DNA from: Phoronis australis
Lineage: Eukaryota > Animalia > Phoronida
Length of the DNA stretch: 64,000 bases
Assembly: GCA_002633005.1 (NCBI GenBank)
Contig: NMRA01000519.1
Coordinates: 239,640 to 303,639, forward strand
Direction of reading: 5' to 3'
The translations under genes and the position numbers were made by a program. The first letter of the stretch is position 1. Every line of letters begins with the position of its first letter. The notes under the pieces were generated by a model. It was not told where the DNA came from. It made no database searches and worked only from the letters and a program-made list of their open reading frames with translations. This document shows positions 47,075 to 59,860 of the stretch, in pieces.

Positions 47075-49592
47075 ATCAAGGTCCATATTCGAGAGTTGAC
47101 TGTGTTACGGTCTAAAATAATTTTTTTGGTCACTTACCAAACGCCAACTGAATCTCATTATGCAAAGACTTATTTAGTTGTGCAAATTAAAAAAAGAATC
47201 ATCAAAATCGGACAATGTTTGAGAAATTTATGCATGTTTTTGTCTATGAATTTTATGCTTTTTTAGCGTTACGAGTGGCCATTTTAAATATAACAATTTT
47301 CAACTGTCAAGATTAGAAAAGAAATTTATTTGACAAGTAAGCAATTGTTTAGATATGACTGGGGATAACTTAAGGCACTTTCAGAGTCAATTAGATGAAG
47401 TTGTGCTTAATCATTGAGAAATGGTAGGATTCATCATAAAACAAGTACTCGTTACGAAATTAGTAAATTCTGTGTTTCTAACCCTCACCTACTGTAAAGA
47501 AGGTTAAAAACTAAAGTTCACACTCTGTAATGAAACTAACTGCAAAATATGTCAGCCTAGGCAACACAGAAAATTATTCAATATCTAAACACAGAATTTG
47601 TTGAATACACGACACTTTTCATTTTTCACGGTCTTTATTCCGTTGCGTTCATACTTTCTGAACAAAACTCTACTCTCTACTGAACATAGATACAGTAACT
47701 GACCTAGCGACATATGTCGCAGAAACTTGCTCCCGAAGTATCTAAACACACCGGCCAAAAGTTTGGATATTGAATGGGTTCTATGTTGAAAATGGGCCAA
47801 AAAGGCTAACAAAATGTAGTGTACATAACCCCATATGGAATTCAGTAACACAAATGGTCATTGCAAATGAAATTGTTGCCTTTTAAATAACAACATGGTG
47901 CTTATGATCACCAAAGAAAAATAAATGGCCATACAACATTGTTACCATGTGATGCAGAAACAGTGCTGTAGTGTACATACCCCCTTTTGTAGTGCATGCA
48001 CCCCCATGTTTACAAATGCCATGAAATTAAAATATCACTTGGTAAGTGAGCAACATAGGTCATACACAGTTTCCTTCCTTAAAACGTTAGGTTAAAAAAG
48101 AGTGTTTATTGCAAATACATTTGTTTTGAGTGAAATATTAGCATTTGTGTAGTGTACGTACCCCCATATTTTAATTTGTGTCTATTTTCAAAGTATGGCA
48201 GATATGCACATGAATACTGTGCTTTTTATTTTTTCTCTTTGAATTGATTTAGTAAATCAACTAACTCTCATTAGATTCTTAGTAATTAGTTACAAACCTG
48301 ACATGCCATTGAAATGTAGTGTACGTACCCGTGTAGTGTACGCACCCCCATGTGAATAAATACCATGAAACAAAAATATTACACGGTAAGTAATCAACAC
48401 TTGTCATAGACAGCTTCCTCCATTAAAAATGCTAGGTTAAAGGTGTTAATTACAAATACATTTGTTTTGATTGAAATATTAGCATTTGTGTAGTGTACGT
48501 ACCCCTACATTTTAACATGTGCCTGTTTTCAAAGAATTGCAGACAGATATGCACATGACTGCATGCTGTACTTTTAATTTGTTCTCTTTGACTATTGGTA
48601 AGTGAACTAACTCTCAGTAGATTTTAATTATTTTTTATAAACCTGAAAAGTCAGTGAAATGTAGTGTACGTACCCCTGTGTAGTGTACGTACCTTCAACC
48701 TCTGTGCTATAAAGTACTGCCTACAAGAAATTTTACACACTGCTGTTCACATGAACAATACTGATATTTCCAAAATTAATACAGTTTGACAAAAAATGGG
48801 CATTATCAAATTTGTGGACAATAAAATGCCACACAGGACTTGGCTAGTACTGAAAATCCTAGAAGTCAGGTCATGTGACAACTACGTAATGTTGCAGAGG
48901 CAGGTTCTCTATCTCTCAAGACAACTTCAACTTGCAACAAAACAACAAGTAGAGGCAGCACAAAACTCGAGACCATCCCATTCATTTGTAACTTAGTCAA
49001 AATTTGACATTCATTGACTGTGCGTAGTGTATGTACCCCATCAACCAGTAACATTTTTTACTGTTTACAAGTGGGAAACTGGGCCTAGCATTGCTTTAAC
49101 TATTTTAACCAACTGGTGAATGTATTGAAAACTAGGCAAATAGCACCAATAAAACCAATAAAGTTTTTGAAAAAGTAGTAACTTGCCATTTTCTTTTTTT
49201 AAGAATCATATTGCAAGAGAAGGAAGTTCTCATTATACTGTGTTAAGATATGCAATGTATCATCATCTAGAACAACTTGATTAGAAAGGTAATAACTTTT
49301 CTTATTGTAGCATGTGATACTTCTTCAATTTAATCAAAAACTTGTTAAATTAACAGCTACCTTATGAATTTTTGCACGGTAGAAGTGGGTTGTGACCACA
49401 AGTTGTATTGTACCTACCCTTTTATACAACTGCGATGCATTAGGCCATGAAATTTTATTCGGTGGTTCTTGTGCAAAACTATTTTAGATTACTTAACCTG
49501 GAATGATGGCACTTTAAAATAACCCAGGTTTTTACAGTTATATGACAACCTTCATTTTTCACCAAAAGTGGCCACCGAATATGGACCTTGAT
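47075..49592. mobile_element. Non-autonomous DNA transposon (Kolobok-like termini) with internal ~340-bp duplication and repeated TGTAGTGTACGTACCCC motifs
   Basis: Perfect 17-bp inverted repeat ATCAAGGTCCATATTCG / CGAATATGGACCTTGAT; the motif occurs ~10 times between 47815 and 49040. Confidence 0.7.
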
Positions 49593-49734
49593 CATGATTT
49601 GGCCGACAGGATCATTAGCTAAGCTTCTAGAAGTACTCACAGCTACCCAAGATTGAATAAAACCCAATCGAGGCGCTCGTCCCGGACAGCCTGATTGCAC
49701 ACTGAAAGACTGCCAGCAGCCAACACATAAATGA

Positions 49735-50940
49735 AAGCGCTCCGAGGAGCGAAACTTGGCGAAATTAACCAAAAAGATGACGATAAAGATGATGACGAAT
49801 ATGACCACGATGGTGGCGAGGATGAACAAAAGAAGTAATAATAACATACACATGACGAACGTAGAAGTCCGAAATCAGTAAGAAAAAGGCTACAGTCTTG
49901 AGTGACACTTGGCGAAATTAACGGAAAAGAAAACAACGGAGATGATGACGCAGATGATGACGAATATGATGATGGTGGTGGCGATGATGAACAACATCAC
50001 AACATTCATATGACGAACTTAGATGTCATAAATCAATAAGAAATAGGCTACAGTCTAGTTCAATAGAAGATAAACCAACATCAATGCAGCAAGAGCGCTC
50101 AACAAAAGAACAGCGTTATCAGAAAATCTCAAATAACTCGAAAAGTAGACGACCTAGCGAAAAATGGAAAACATCTTCTGAAAGCCCGTCAAAATTCTAT
50201 CTAAACTGATGGGATCGGCTAATTCCGTAAATTTTTCGAAAAAAATGAAATTTTGCGTTTTTTATTAGAAATTCAAAGTCAAATAACTCGAAAACGGTAA
50301 GTCTGAGAAACAAATTGTTACAGGCCATTTGAAAGATTATACATCAAAGAACCTACATGCAAAAAATCACGTCTTTTTCTCTTCCCATTTAAAATCCCAC
50401 TCCAGACGACTGAAAATGGGTCAACATGCGCCAGATCCGCCATCTTGAAAGCAACTTCTGGTTTTCTGGCTTTGTATAATAGCATGTTATAAGAAACTAA
50501 TACCTGTAAAAATTCGAAGGAATTGGTCTTATAATACGCCCTCTAGAAGAGAAAACTTTTTTAGGCCAAAATCGAGGTGCGCATGCGCGATCGCCGATAT
50601 TTCCGCCATCTTTAACCGGAAGTAAACAATTTCCGGTATACTTGTAGCAAACTTCCGGTCCATTTACTGTGCCGATTCTTAGCATTTTACGTAAAAAATT
50701 GTAGCCTCCAGAAGCATTTGAACCTTGAAATGGAAACAAAATGGCCGCCACAGCCGCCATCTTGGATCCGATTTTGATGAAAAACAATAGGCTTCCAGTA
50801 CTTCCGGAAGTACGTGTTATGTGTAAATTTCGTGATGATCGGACCAAAATTGCGACCTGTATCGTGCGAACAAACAAAAAAAAAACAAACTTAGTGGAAG
50901 AGCAACATACTTGGCGAAATTTATTTCGCCAAGTAATAAA
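49735..50940 (+). mobile_element. Helentron-associated (HINE/DINE-like) element
   Basis: CTTGGCGAAATT at 49755 and 49908; terminal palindrome TACTTGGCGAAAT-TT-ATTTCGCCAAGTA at ~50908-50935 preceded by (CAAA)-rich sequence; internal duplicated blocks. Confidence 0.65.
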
Positions 50941-51291
50941 ACAAGCATAAGGGAAACGATAAAACTGGCAATTCACAAGACACCACAGAAAGATCAAGAA
51001 TGAATGATGTTGATGATTACAACATACCCCTCCTCGGAAAAAAAGCATGGGACACACCCGAGAATCAACATCAATTGCCAAATATGAAAAACATCCCAAA
51101 AATTTAACAAGATCCCCCTTACCCAAACTTCCAAAGCCACTGCGAAGCCTACGTAGACCAAAAGTGTTTGAATGACAAGGACAGTTCCCCTGGAAGCAGA
51201 TAATAACGCACATAGGTTAAATATAGAAGTACTAGAAAATAATAATAAGAGTTCAGAACGCCAGCACATTCCAACCACATGAAGGAAATAA

Positions 51292-53539
51292 CAGGGCTTG
51301 ACATTAATGGTAGTCCGACTGCCTGGGACAACCAATTTGTTGGTCCAGACAAGCTCATGGCCGAGCAGCTTGTCCGACAGGACAAGTCAATGAATTTCTC
51401 TGCGAACGTTTGTCGCACAAAATTAAGATTCCAAAACGTGCGCAACTCTATTACCTTTCTGTGACAATCAATCAGGTTTAGTGGAACCGGGACCCTGCCT
51501 TACTATGGCGGTAAAATATCCGTATTCTCATGCCCTTTACTGAAGGAGATACAAATGTTTCCTTTGGCTCACGCGCGGAACTCATGTTGGCGTGTACTGA
51601 TCACTGAGACAGCGCTTGTCGAATGTATTTCATTTGCTGTAGAAGAACCAGCAAAGCAGTACTTGACAGGGATATCATGTCCGTAGCCAATCTTTCTGTG
51701 ATTCCCTGTGACAGTACACGAAGCATAACCACCCTGAGCATTGAAATAAGAAAAGACATGGTCCATTGAGACAAGCCAACTTGTGTCGCTCTTCCCATCT
51801 TGGTTAAACAAATGTTGTTAATGACTTTCTCTTCTGACTCCAAAATGGAAGCGCCCAACCAAAGGCAAGAGCCCAAAAAATCAACTTGTCATTAGTGCAA
51901 GTCGAACATTTTGTCCATGTTCTACGTGGTCAAAAGCTTATTTTTTGAACTTTTGATTTGCCTGATGACTTTTTACAAGATGTGTTTTTGCTTCATTATT
52001 TCGGTAGCTGACGGAGTACCCCTATTGCCTAATAGTAGTATCCTCCGATTGTTGAGCACATGCTTTGAACGACAGCAGTGTTGGCTTTGAACTAAAAAAG
52101 AAATATACAATGTATATAAAATGTTTCATTGTTCAAAGTATTCAATAAGAAGACCTGTCAATCATTAGCAGGTGCTGGGTTGCCTAAGTGTCCAGCAAAT
52201 CTTTACCCAATCAAGTGCTTCCCTTAAAAATACACCGCAAACTAGAAGAGTCTTGCTTGATTTGTCTTTTCTCTCAAGAAACTTGCCCTACTGAACACAT
52301 GCCTACCTGTAAGAATACCTTAGTTCTAAGAGATGACCAGCAGCGGCCGAGGTACATAAAATCCCAATCACGCTCAGGAACACAACGCCACTGTATCATG
52401 TGCCCAGGCCGTCGAAGTCCATTACTTCAATCCCCTGACCTATATTTTAACTGATATGCTTGATGTTGTGTACTTAGTCACACAATAACAGGATGTTTGT
52501 AGGTTGTTATTGTTTATGAGTTTAGTAGTTTAATTGGTATTATGTCATGCGATTCCTGGTATAGGAAGTGTGTCATAGGTAACGCATCATATGTCGTTAT
52601 GTAGTTGTGTGTATATATATTGTTGTGATATGTAGAATAAATCAGTTCAGTGTTCAGTTCAATTCTGTTCGTTTCACTGCGTAGTTCATGGAGTGTCTAC
52701 TTTATTTGACAAAGTAAGATACACAACACTTGAAGTCCGACGTCAGTGTATTTCCGTTTGGTTGAAATCGGTCCTCCGTGCAGTAAGCAACAACTCCTGA
52801 CTTTTCCGAAATTTCGATTTTAACCACCCATGCTCGGCTTACCGCCAACCCGTTTTTTTAGATTCCACTTTAAGCGCCCAGGGCGGTAACGCGGACGAGT
52901 ACGGTAGTTAGTTTGATTATGGTTTCAAGTCGAGGAGTTCTGCATGACCTTGCAACTGGTAACCAAACCAAAGAGCGTGAAATCACCAAGCAGCAGTATG
53001 AAACCAATAAACGAAAACAGGAATTCCTTCCGAAATATACGAAAGAAAGATTTTGACTGGTTACCGTACGGTTTGATAGCGACCAGAAGTAAAATGTGTT
53101 GTGTCCCGTGTGAAAAATACGCCGACGCAAACAGTTCATCTGCTGCGTCTGGGTCAGTTGTGTTCAGGATTGAATCTTTGAAAAGTCGTGAACAGCGGAC
53201 GGCTCACTCAGCAGCTTATAAAAATACATTATATAATTGAATTTAAAAGCCACGGTAAACTTGTAGCGTGTTCACTGGTGAAATCCAAATACAAATACCC
53301 AGTCTTTAAAATTAATAAACTTGTGTAAAATTTAAATGTTGTGTATTATATGCTCTTACAGTCTTACACAGTTATTGAGCTTGTGCTAACAGGTATAATG
53401 TGCGGCATTCATATATGTTTGAAAAGTATAATTTGAGTTTAATTATCTTTGGACAAGTGTCTTATAGGTCAGGACAAGTAAATTTCATTTCTACTTGTCC
53501 GACTGGACAAGTTAAAATAAAAGTTAATGTCGAGCCCTG
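51292..53539. mobile_element. Defective hAT-like DNA transposon
   Basis: TIRs CAGGGCTTGACATTAA / TTAATGTCGAGCCCTG; subterminal GGACAAG/CTTGTCC repeats; ZnF_TTF-like remnant (F...W/DFDWL...MCCVPC..Y...GS..FRIESLKS.E....H) at 52944-53240(+); no clean 8-bp TSD. Confidence 0.78.
52464..52728 (+). mobile_element. Solo LTR (265 bp) inserted in the hAT element
   Basis: TGTTGTGTA...TACACAACA termini, 5-bp TSD CTTGA on both sides, internal TATA-like run and AATAAA (~52635). Confidence 0.85.
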
Positions 53540-53779
53540 AATTAGGCAATGACCATCGCCTCTGTTGGCCCGAACCAGAGGCGATGTAGAGGCTATAGGC
53601 GCTCTGTACGCCGGAAGCTTTTCGGCGAATTATGCCTCGCACCGACTAAACCATCAAAGTCACGTTGTTATAACTACCTTTTGCGCATAGACGAACACCT
53701 TAGGAGGTTGTCGATGTGTTTAAGTTCTTCCAACTCGAACAAATACTCCCGTTATGAAACTTTTTCTTCGAGCAGTCCC

Positions 53780-54659
53780 NNNNNNNNNNNNNNNNNNNNN
53801 NNNNNNNNNNNNNNNNNNNNNNNNNNNNNNNNNNNNNNNNNNNNNNNNNNNNNNNNNNNNNNNNNNNNNNNNNNNNNNNNNNNNNNNNNNNNNNNNNNNN
53901 NNNNNNNNNNNNNNNNNNNNNNNNNNNNNNNNNNNNNNNNNNNNNNNNNNNNNNNNNNNNNNNNNNNNNNNNNNNNNNNNNNNNNNNNNNNNNNNNNNNN
54001 NNNNNNNNNNNNNNNNNNNNNNNNNNNNNNNNNNNNNNNNNNNNNNNNNNNNNNNNNNNNNNNNNNNNNNNNNNNNNNNNNNNNNNNNNNNNNNNNNNNN
54101 NNNNNNNNNNNNNNNNNNNNNNNNNNNNNNNNNNNNNNNNNNNNNNNNNNNNNNNNNNNNNNNNNNNNNNNNNNNNNNNNNNNNNNNNNNNNNNNNNNNN
54201 NNNNNNNNNNNNNNNNNNNNNNNNNNNNNNNNNNNNNNNNNNNNNNNNNNNNNNNNNNNNNNNNNNNNNNNNNNNNNNNNNNNNNNNNNNNNNNNNNNNN
54301 NNNNNNNNNNNNNNNNNNNNNNNNNNNNNNNNNNNNNNNNNNNNNNNNNNNNNNNNNNNNNNNNNNNNNNNNNNNNNNNNNNNNNNNNNNNNNNNNNNNN
54401 NNNNNNNNNNNNNNNNNNNNNNNNNNNNNNNNNNNNNNNNNNNNNNNNNNNNNNNNNNNNNNNNNNNNNNNNNNNNNNNNNNNNNNNNNNNNNNNNNNNN
54501 NNNNNNNNNNNNNNNNNNNNNNNNNNNNNNNNNNNNNNNNNNNNNNNNNNNNNNNNNNNNNNNNNNNNNNNNNNNNNNNNNNNNNNNNNNNNNNNNNNNN
54601 NNNNNNNNNNNNNNNNNNNNNNNNNNNNNNNNNNNNNNNNNNNNNNNNNNNNNNNNNNN
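53780..54659. other. Assembly gap (N run)
   Basis: Run of N. Confidence 1.
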
Positions 54660-55294
54660 GCCCGTTTGCAACAAGTGTTTGAAATAGTTCATTGATGAAC
54701 CCTTTAGTGCGCAATACGATTCATTATGTGCGCAAATTAGGAAATGTACCAATTAATTCAGGTCAAAGTTGAAGGTCGCGGGAACTGGCAACTTTTTCAA
54801 CTTTTAAGACGACGAAAGTGAAAAATACTTACGTAATAACGTGCGCAAGGGTTTCCTCTACAAGTTCACGAAGTTTCACGCCAAAATTCGAGAGTTTAGT
54901 CTTCTCCTGAGTTGAAAATCAAATACCAGTTGTTTTTACCGGCGACCATTTTGCTTTGAAATGTCGGTCACGTTGCTGCAAAAAACTCGTGCAAAGTATT
55001 ATTAAACGGATTTTGCGACGAAAAAAGACTAACATTTAAGTAAAATAACGTATTATTTCATACTTTGAATTAATTTTTATTCACATTTATTGCATTTTTG
55101 AGTGATTTTTTGCCGATTGTAATGTGCAAATTTTACACAGTGACAGATACGCGAAGCGATTTGGTGACGTATGTTGTCCTCGCTAGGAGAGATACAGCAC
55201 AGGTATGTGTAGTTTTAAATAATGGTGACAGTGCCACATTTTTGTGCAGGTTGGCGACCTCCAACCTCAGTTTTGGCGACCTCAGTTTACAGAA

Positions 55295-55585
55295 ACTTAC
55301 CGAACACATTCATCATCAGCTCATGATTCGCATGTTTGTATGTAAACAAAAACAAAAATGGCGCTTTAGAAACACTTCCGGTAAAACTAAAAAGTATTGT
55401 CATGTGATGTCACTGGAAAGGTAGCCATATAGGCACTAGTTGCCTTTTAAATGCTTATTGGCTTTTTTAATCTTTTTATTTCTTATCGTCAGGTTGTTTT
55501 CTCATATCGGACTTGCAAAGCGACTTTCATACCTTTTGTAAATTTTTGCCGACAGCTGGTGCTGTTGCGGGAAAATGGCGGCGCC
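55295..55585. promoter_or_regulatory. Putative bidirectional promoter between EMG1 and the minus-strand gene
   Basis: Locally CpG-richer sequence; ETS-like ACTTCCGG (~55373); YY1-like AAAATGGCG at ~55356 and over the EMG1 ATG; consensus minus-strand donor gtaagt at 55300-55295. Confidence 0.5.
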
Positions 55586-55703
55586 CACGAATCAGGCATT
55601 GCACAAACACAAGTCGCCAAACCACCTGAGAACGCTACATGAAAAAGACCAAGAAAAACGTTTAATTGTTATCCTCGAAAACGCATCGTTAGAGACTGTA
55701 AAG
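55575..55703 (+). CDS. EMG1: Ribosomal RNA small subunit methyltransferase NEP1, exon 1
   Basis: MAAPT...KRLIVILENASLETVK|gtaacc matches the EMG1/Nep1 N-terminal motif RLIVVLE.ASLETVK. Confidence 0.93.
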
Positions 55704-58700
55704 GTAACCTGCAACATAGGCAAAGAGATGAATGTGTGGCTGTCTATGTTTCTTAACGTTTACACTGCCACTGGCCATAGGCACACTACTCTAGGGAGGA
55801 CAACGTTTTTTAAATTTTTTTTACAATACCCATGTGTCATACATTTTTGAAAAGCCCTTGGTGTGAGAAATGAAATGGTGCAAAAATCAGAAAAATTGGA
55901 TGAGCGGTTAACAAGAAAATGGCCATTGAAACGCGACGATTATGCGTAAAATATCTGCCTTTTTACATAATTTCGTAAAAAATAAAAGAATATGCATGTG
56001 CTGCATATAAAAACATTCGTCTCATTGAGACAAACATGGTGGTGTGTATTATATAAAATTTGGATTGATTTCTACAGAGACATTGCTGTTTAAATGTGAT
56101 TGTTAGTATGATAGAACAGACTCATCATGTTTGATGAAAACAATGGATTACACAGCTTAAAAGGTAAAGAGCAAAGATACCACATCAGCTCAGAAATAAA
56201 TACATCTGAGCTAGGAGGAAATTTCACATCAAATCACAAGATCACATTGATAGATTGGGGGGGCAAGGGGGCCTGGCCCGTGGCCCCCCTGAAACTCCCA
56301 TATTTCATTTGGTAGTTTGAGGGTGCAAATATCTTACGGGCAAAAACTTGCGTAATACTCTGCCCTGCCCCCCCCTCCTATCTAAAAATCCTAGATCTGC
56401 CCCTGAATACTACTACATGGGCAACACATCATTGCCTGACAGTGACAGGGGGCTGGGGAAGGCTGTAGCTCCCCCACTTTTTTCATGTACTATTAGATCG
56501 TATCATGGCAAAAAACATCAGAAAGTAGACAAAAGACCATTTGGTAAAACAAATTACTCTTAACATGAAGGATTTCATCATTTATGCAACAAAAACTTTG
56601 TAACAACTTCATTGAACTTCAGCGTAGCCGCTGGTGGCGCTGACATGCGGCGACTTAGTGAACTAACGACTGCTGTTTGAAAAATGCCAATGTGCAGCAG
56701 TTTGACAGAATTTCTGAAAATTAAATAATTACCAATTAAAAGAGTGATAAATTCCTCATCTAAAAATCAGGGGGGCATGTTGCGCAACTGGAAAAACATC
56801 AATCTACCGACCGACCAAAATTAGGCCTTCCGGATGATCGAAAACTCGCCATGAAAACTTGGCCTTGACTTCGAGAAAACATCTTGACGAGATGCGCACG
56901 CATCTAAACTACATCCTGTCCAAATTTCATGTTTGTATTTGAGAGTATAGTGTTCTTTTGGATAGGAGGAACAGGTACTTTTTCGAAAGTTGATCGCATG
57001 GCGGAAAATCATGCGCTAAAAAAAGCTTACAAAAAATTTTTTATCAGTGATAATTTGAGACAAAAAGATTACTAACTTACAAATACAGACTAAGGTAACG
57101 ATTTATAACACAAAATTGTCTTATAGTTAACTTTGAAGTCTGAAATCGGGTAATTTACCGACGTGGGTTTTACACGGAGGCAGGTATGGAGCACCATGAC
57201 CTACTTTTTGATTGTCCTCCATAACTACTCACTAGTCAGTCGTAGCCTGTGCCTTTGGCAATTACATCGCCCAGGGGCGATACTACATCTCCACAAAAAG
57301 TTACGAATTTCAAAATACTGGAAATAAAATCAAATGAAACATACATGTATGCACATGGAGTTATAATTAACACGTAAGTTTGGAGACGATTCAGACAAGA
57401 TAATTTGAACAAATGGTTGAAAATCTATCACAGTTTGCTCGAGTTTCTCTTACCTGGTGCCATTTTGAGGAAGTTACATGAAATCACGCATGTTGACAAA
57501 TAAATGTCCAAGGGACACCAATCTTACAAATTTTACCTGATACCTTCCCGTGCTATTTTGCGCTGGCCATGGTCACGCGCTTCGCTCAGTCTCACGCTAG
57601 CCTTTGCCTAACTCACGTGACTCAGTTGAAATACTTTGTGGTTGTTGCTCATGTGATAAAAAGTGAACGATGACCAAAAAGTGGAGTTGGAATTCTTACC
57701 AAAGTTACCTTAATTATCTTACCTATACTTTATCGAAGATATGTGTACAAGTAGAAAGGACTACTGAAGAAAGTATTAAGTGCTTTTTAAGTCATATGGT
57801 TTTAAGTGTAGAATGTATTTTTGACAAAGTGAAAATTCAGTGACCAGATTTGGCCTACCGCCCGTTTAAAATACACGAGACGAAATTCGTACAGAAAGCG
57901 ATGAGTAGTATTGTAGCCCCTAGCCGGCCAACTGTGAGGGGCGACGTGTTGACTATCTGTGCCTGTGCCTGTGGTCAGGTGGTCCACACTCCACAGCCAA
58001 ATGCTCAGGCACCTTAAACTGGAACTTGCAGGATAATTCCTTATCTCTGTGATTCCTCGACCAAATTAGTTAGACACATGGGCAATTGTTTACAATATGA
58101 CAACACTGACCTGCACACATGATTTTGGTATTGTCCGATTCTGCCTATTGTTCTCATTCCGAAAATATGTGACCCTACCACATTTCTTCTTTATTATATC
58201 GTCAAATTTCTGTTTCCTGGTTGACACCACCAATTGAAGATTACAGTGACACTTCTTGCTAATTAATGAAACAGCATCACGAATTTTGACTGCGAGATTC
58301 CTCCTAAAGTTTTCCTGAGATAACATCAAGCAACAAGGGACAACAGCTCACCCTTTCTCAGTCAATTTAAATTTATGAAGAGTGGCGCTCTGCAGAATAT
58401 ATGACAGTAGTTTTTGGCCGCCAGATGACTCCTTCCATTCGACATGGTGATATCACTAAAATACTGTAAGCAGAACTTTGATGTTAAAATACTAAGTGAA
58501 TTGAGTAGGAGACATTATCATTTATTTTTGGGAAAACAATGTTGTGAGGAATCGAACGATTCCAAAATCATGTTTGATGGGTCAATATTGTCATATTTTA
58601 TTTTTAACAATTACCAAAACACAACATATAGCTATGATGTGAATATGAAGTAGGTTGAACATTGCCAAATGTATTTAAGAACGAGTTGTGGCGTTTGGGG

Positions 58701-59639
58701 GGAACCGGGCGGATCCAAGATTTTGAGTTAGGGGGGCCAGGCCCTAGCATTAGCCAGGATTTTGCCCGTCAGACATTCGCACCCCCGAACTGCCAAATGA
58801 AATCTGGGAGAATTCTAGGGGAGGGGAGCCTTGGCCCATCTCTAAATTTGCCACTGGGAAATGCAGTTCAGCTACGTATGCAGAGGTGAACAACTCTCAG
58901 TGTGAAAAAACAACTATTGTATGAGATACAAATAGTGACTACAGATACAAGAATAAACCAGTCAAAAAAGATGTACAAATAAGGAATACACTATGTTCAT
59001 GAACAGTTCTGGGAAGCATTACTAAATCCTCTTCTCTGAGTAAGCAGCAATAAACAACGAGTGAACATTGTGTAATATGATGACTAAATCAAAAGACGCT
59101 AAAATACAATATTACACATTCTGCGACTCAAGTTTTGTGGCAAAAATGATCTGCCACAAATGGCTGAAATGTGTCCAGTAAGAATCATGACGTGGTGCTT
59201 GGGAATAACACTGCATGATGTTAATGAATACAACTCCACTTTGTTTAGTGTAGATTATGTTAAAATAGTATTGTCGTATAGTTCCTGCTATACATTAGCA
59301 TATACACATGGAATTTTTTATGCTATTCACCATTTTTACGTTAACTTTTAAACGGTAATCTACGACTGTTTACATGTGCCCTCTGTTAGCAAGTGAGGCC
59401 TGAGGGGATTTCATTTCTCCCATGTGTCCGTAGAGTGACCCCCCCTTGCCTCTAGTCCTGACATTATAATTTTTCATTAGCATACAACGTGTACCAGGCT
59501 ACCAGACCACCTGCAATAAAATGTTTATTAAAATAGAAAATCAAAATGACGACTAAAAGATTCGTGTAAACAGGCCTCTGGTCATTATACTATAATATAT
59601 TATTAGTATAACGACGAGTGGCAGATGAGAGTGCCTGTG

Positions 59640-59860
59640 CACTAACTTAGACTTAGATTTATGACTACAGTCATGTAGTCAATGGAATGCCTCTGATCAT
59701 ATGCGGAGGTCCCTGATATAGAGAACTAGCCTTCTTTGCCTGAATAACTGCCAGTTATTCAGCGGTTGCCCGTTCTCTTAATCAAGGACTGCTGTATCCT
59801 CCAACCAGTGCTCAGTCACTATGGTTGGCATTTTACCATTGATTGAGTTATGTGATCCTG
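59640..59860 (-). mobile_element. Highly structured element, probably the 3' UTR of an RTE-type non-LTR retroelement or SINE
   Basis: Several hairpins; the minus strand ends in short (ctaagt) repeats. The family label is from recall and is unverified. Confidence 0.45.

Noticed and set aside
50497-51213. 238-aa minus-strand ORF
   Set aside because: It overlaps a non-coding repeat element, has no recognisable domain and has atypical composition.
53549-54752. ORFs over 300 aa
   Set aside because: They are artefacts of translating the N gap.
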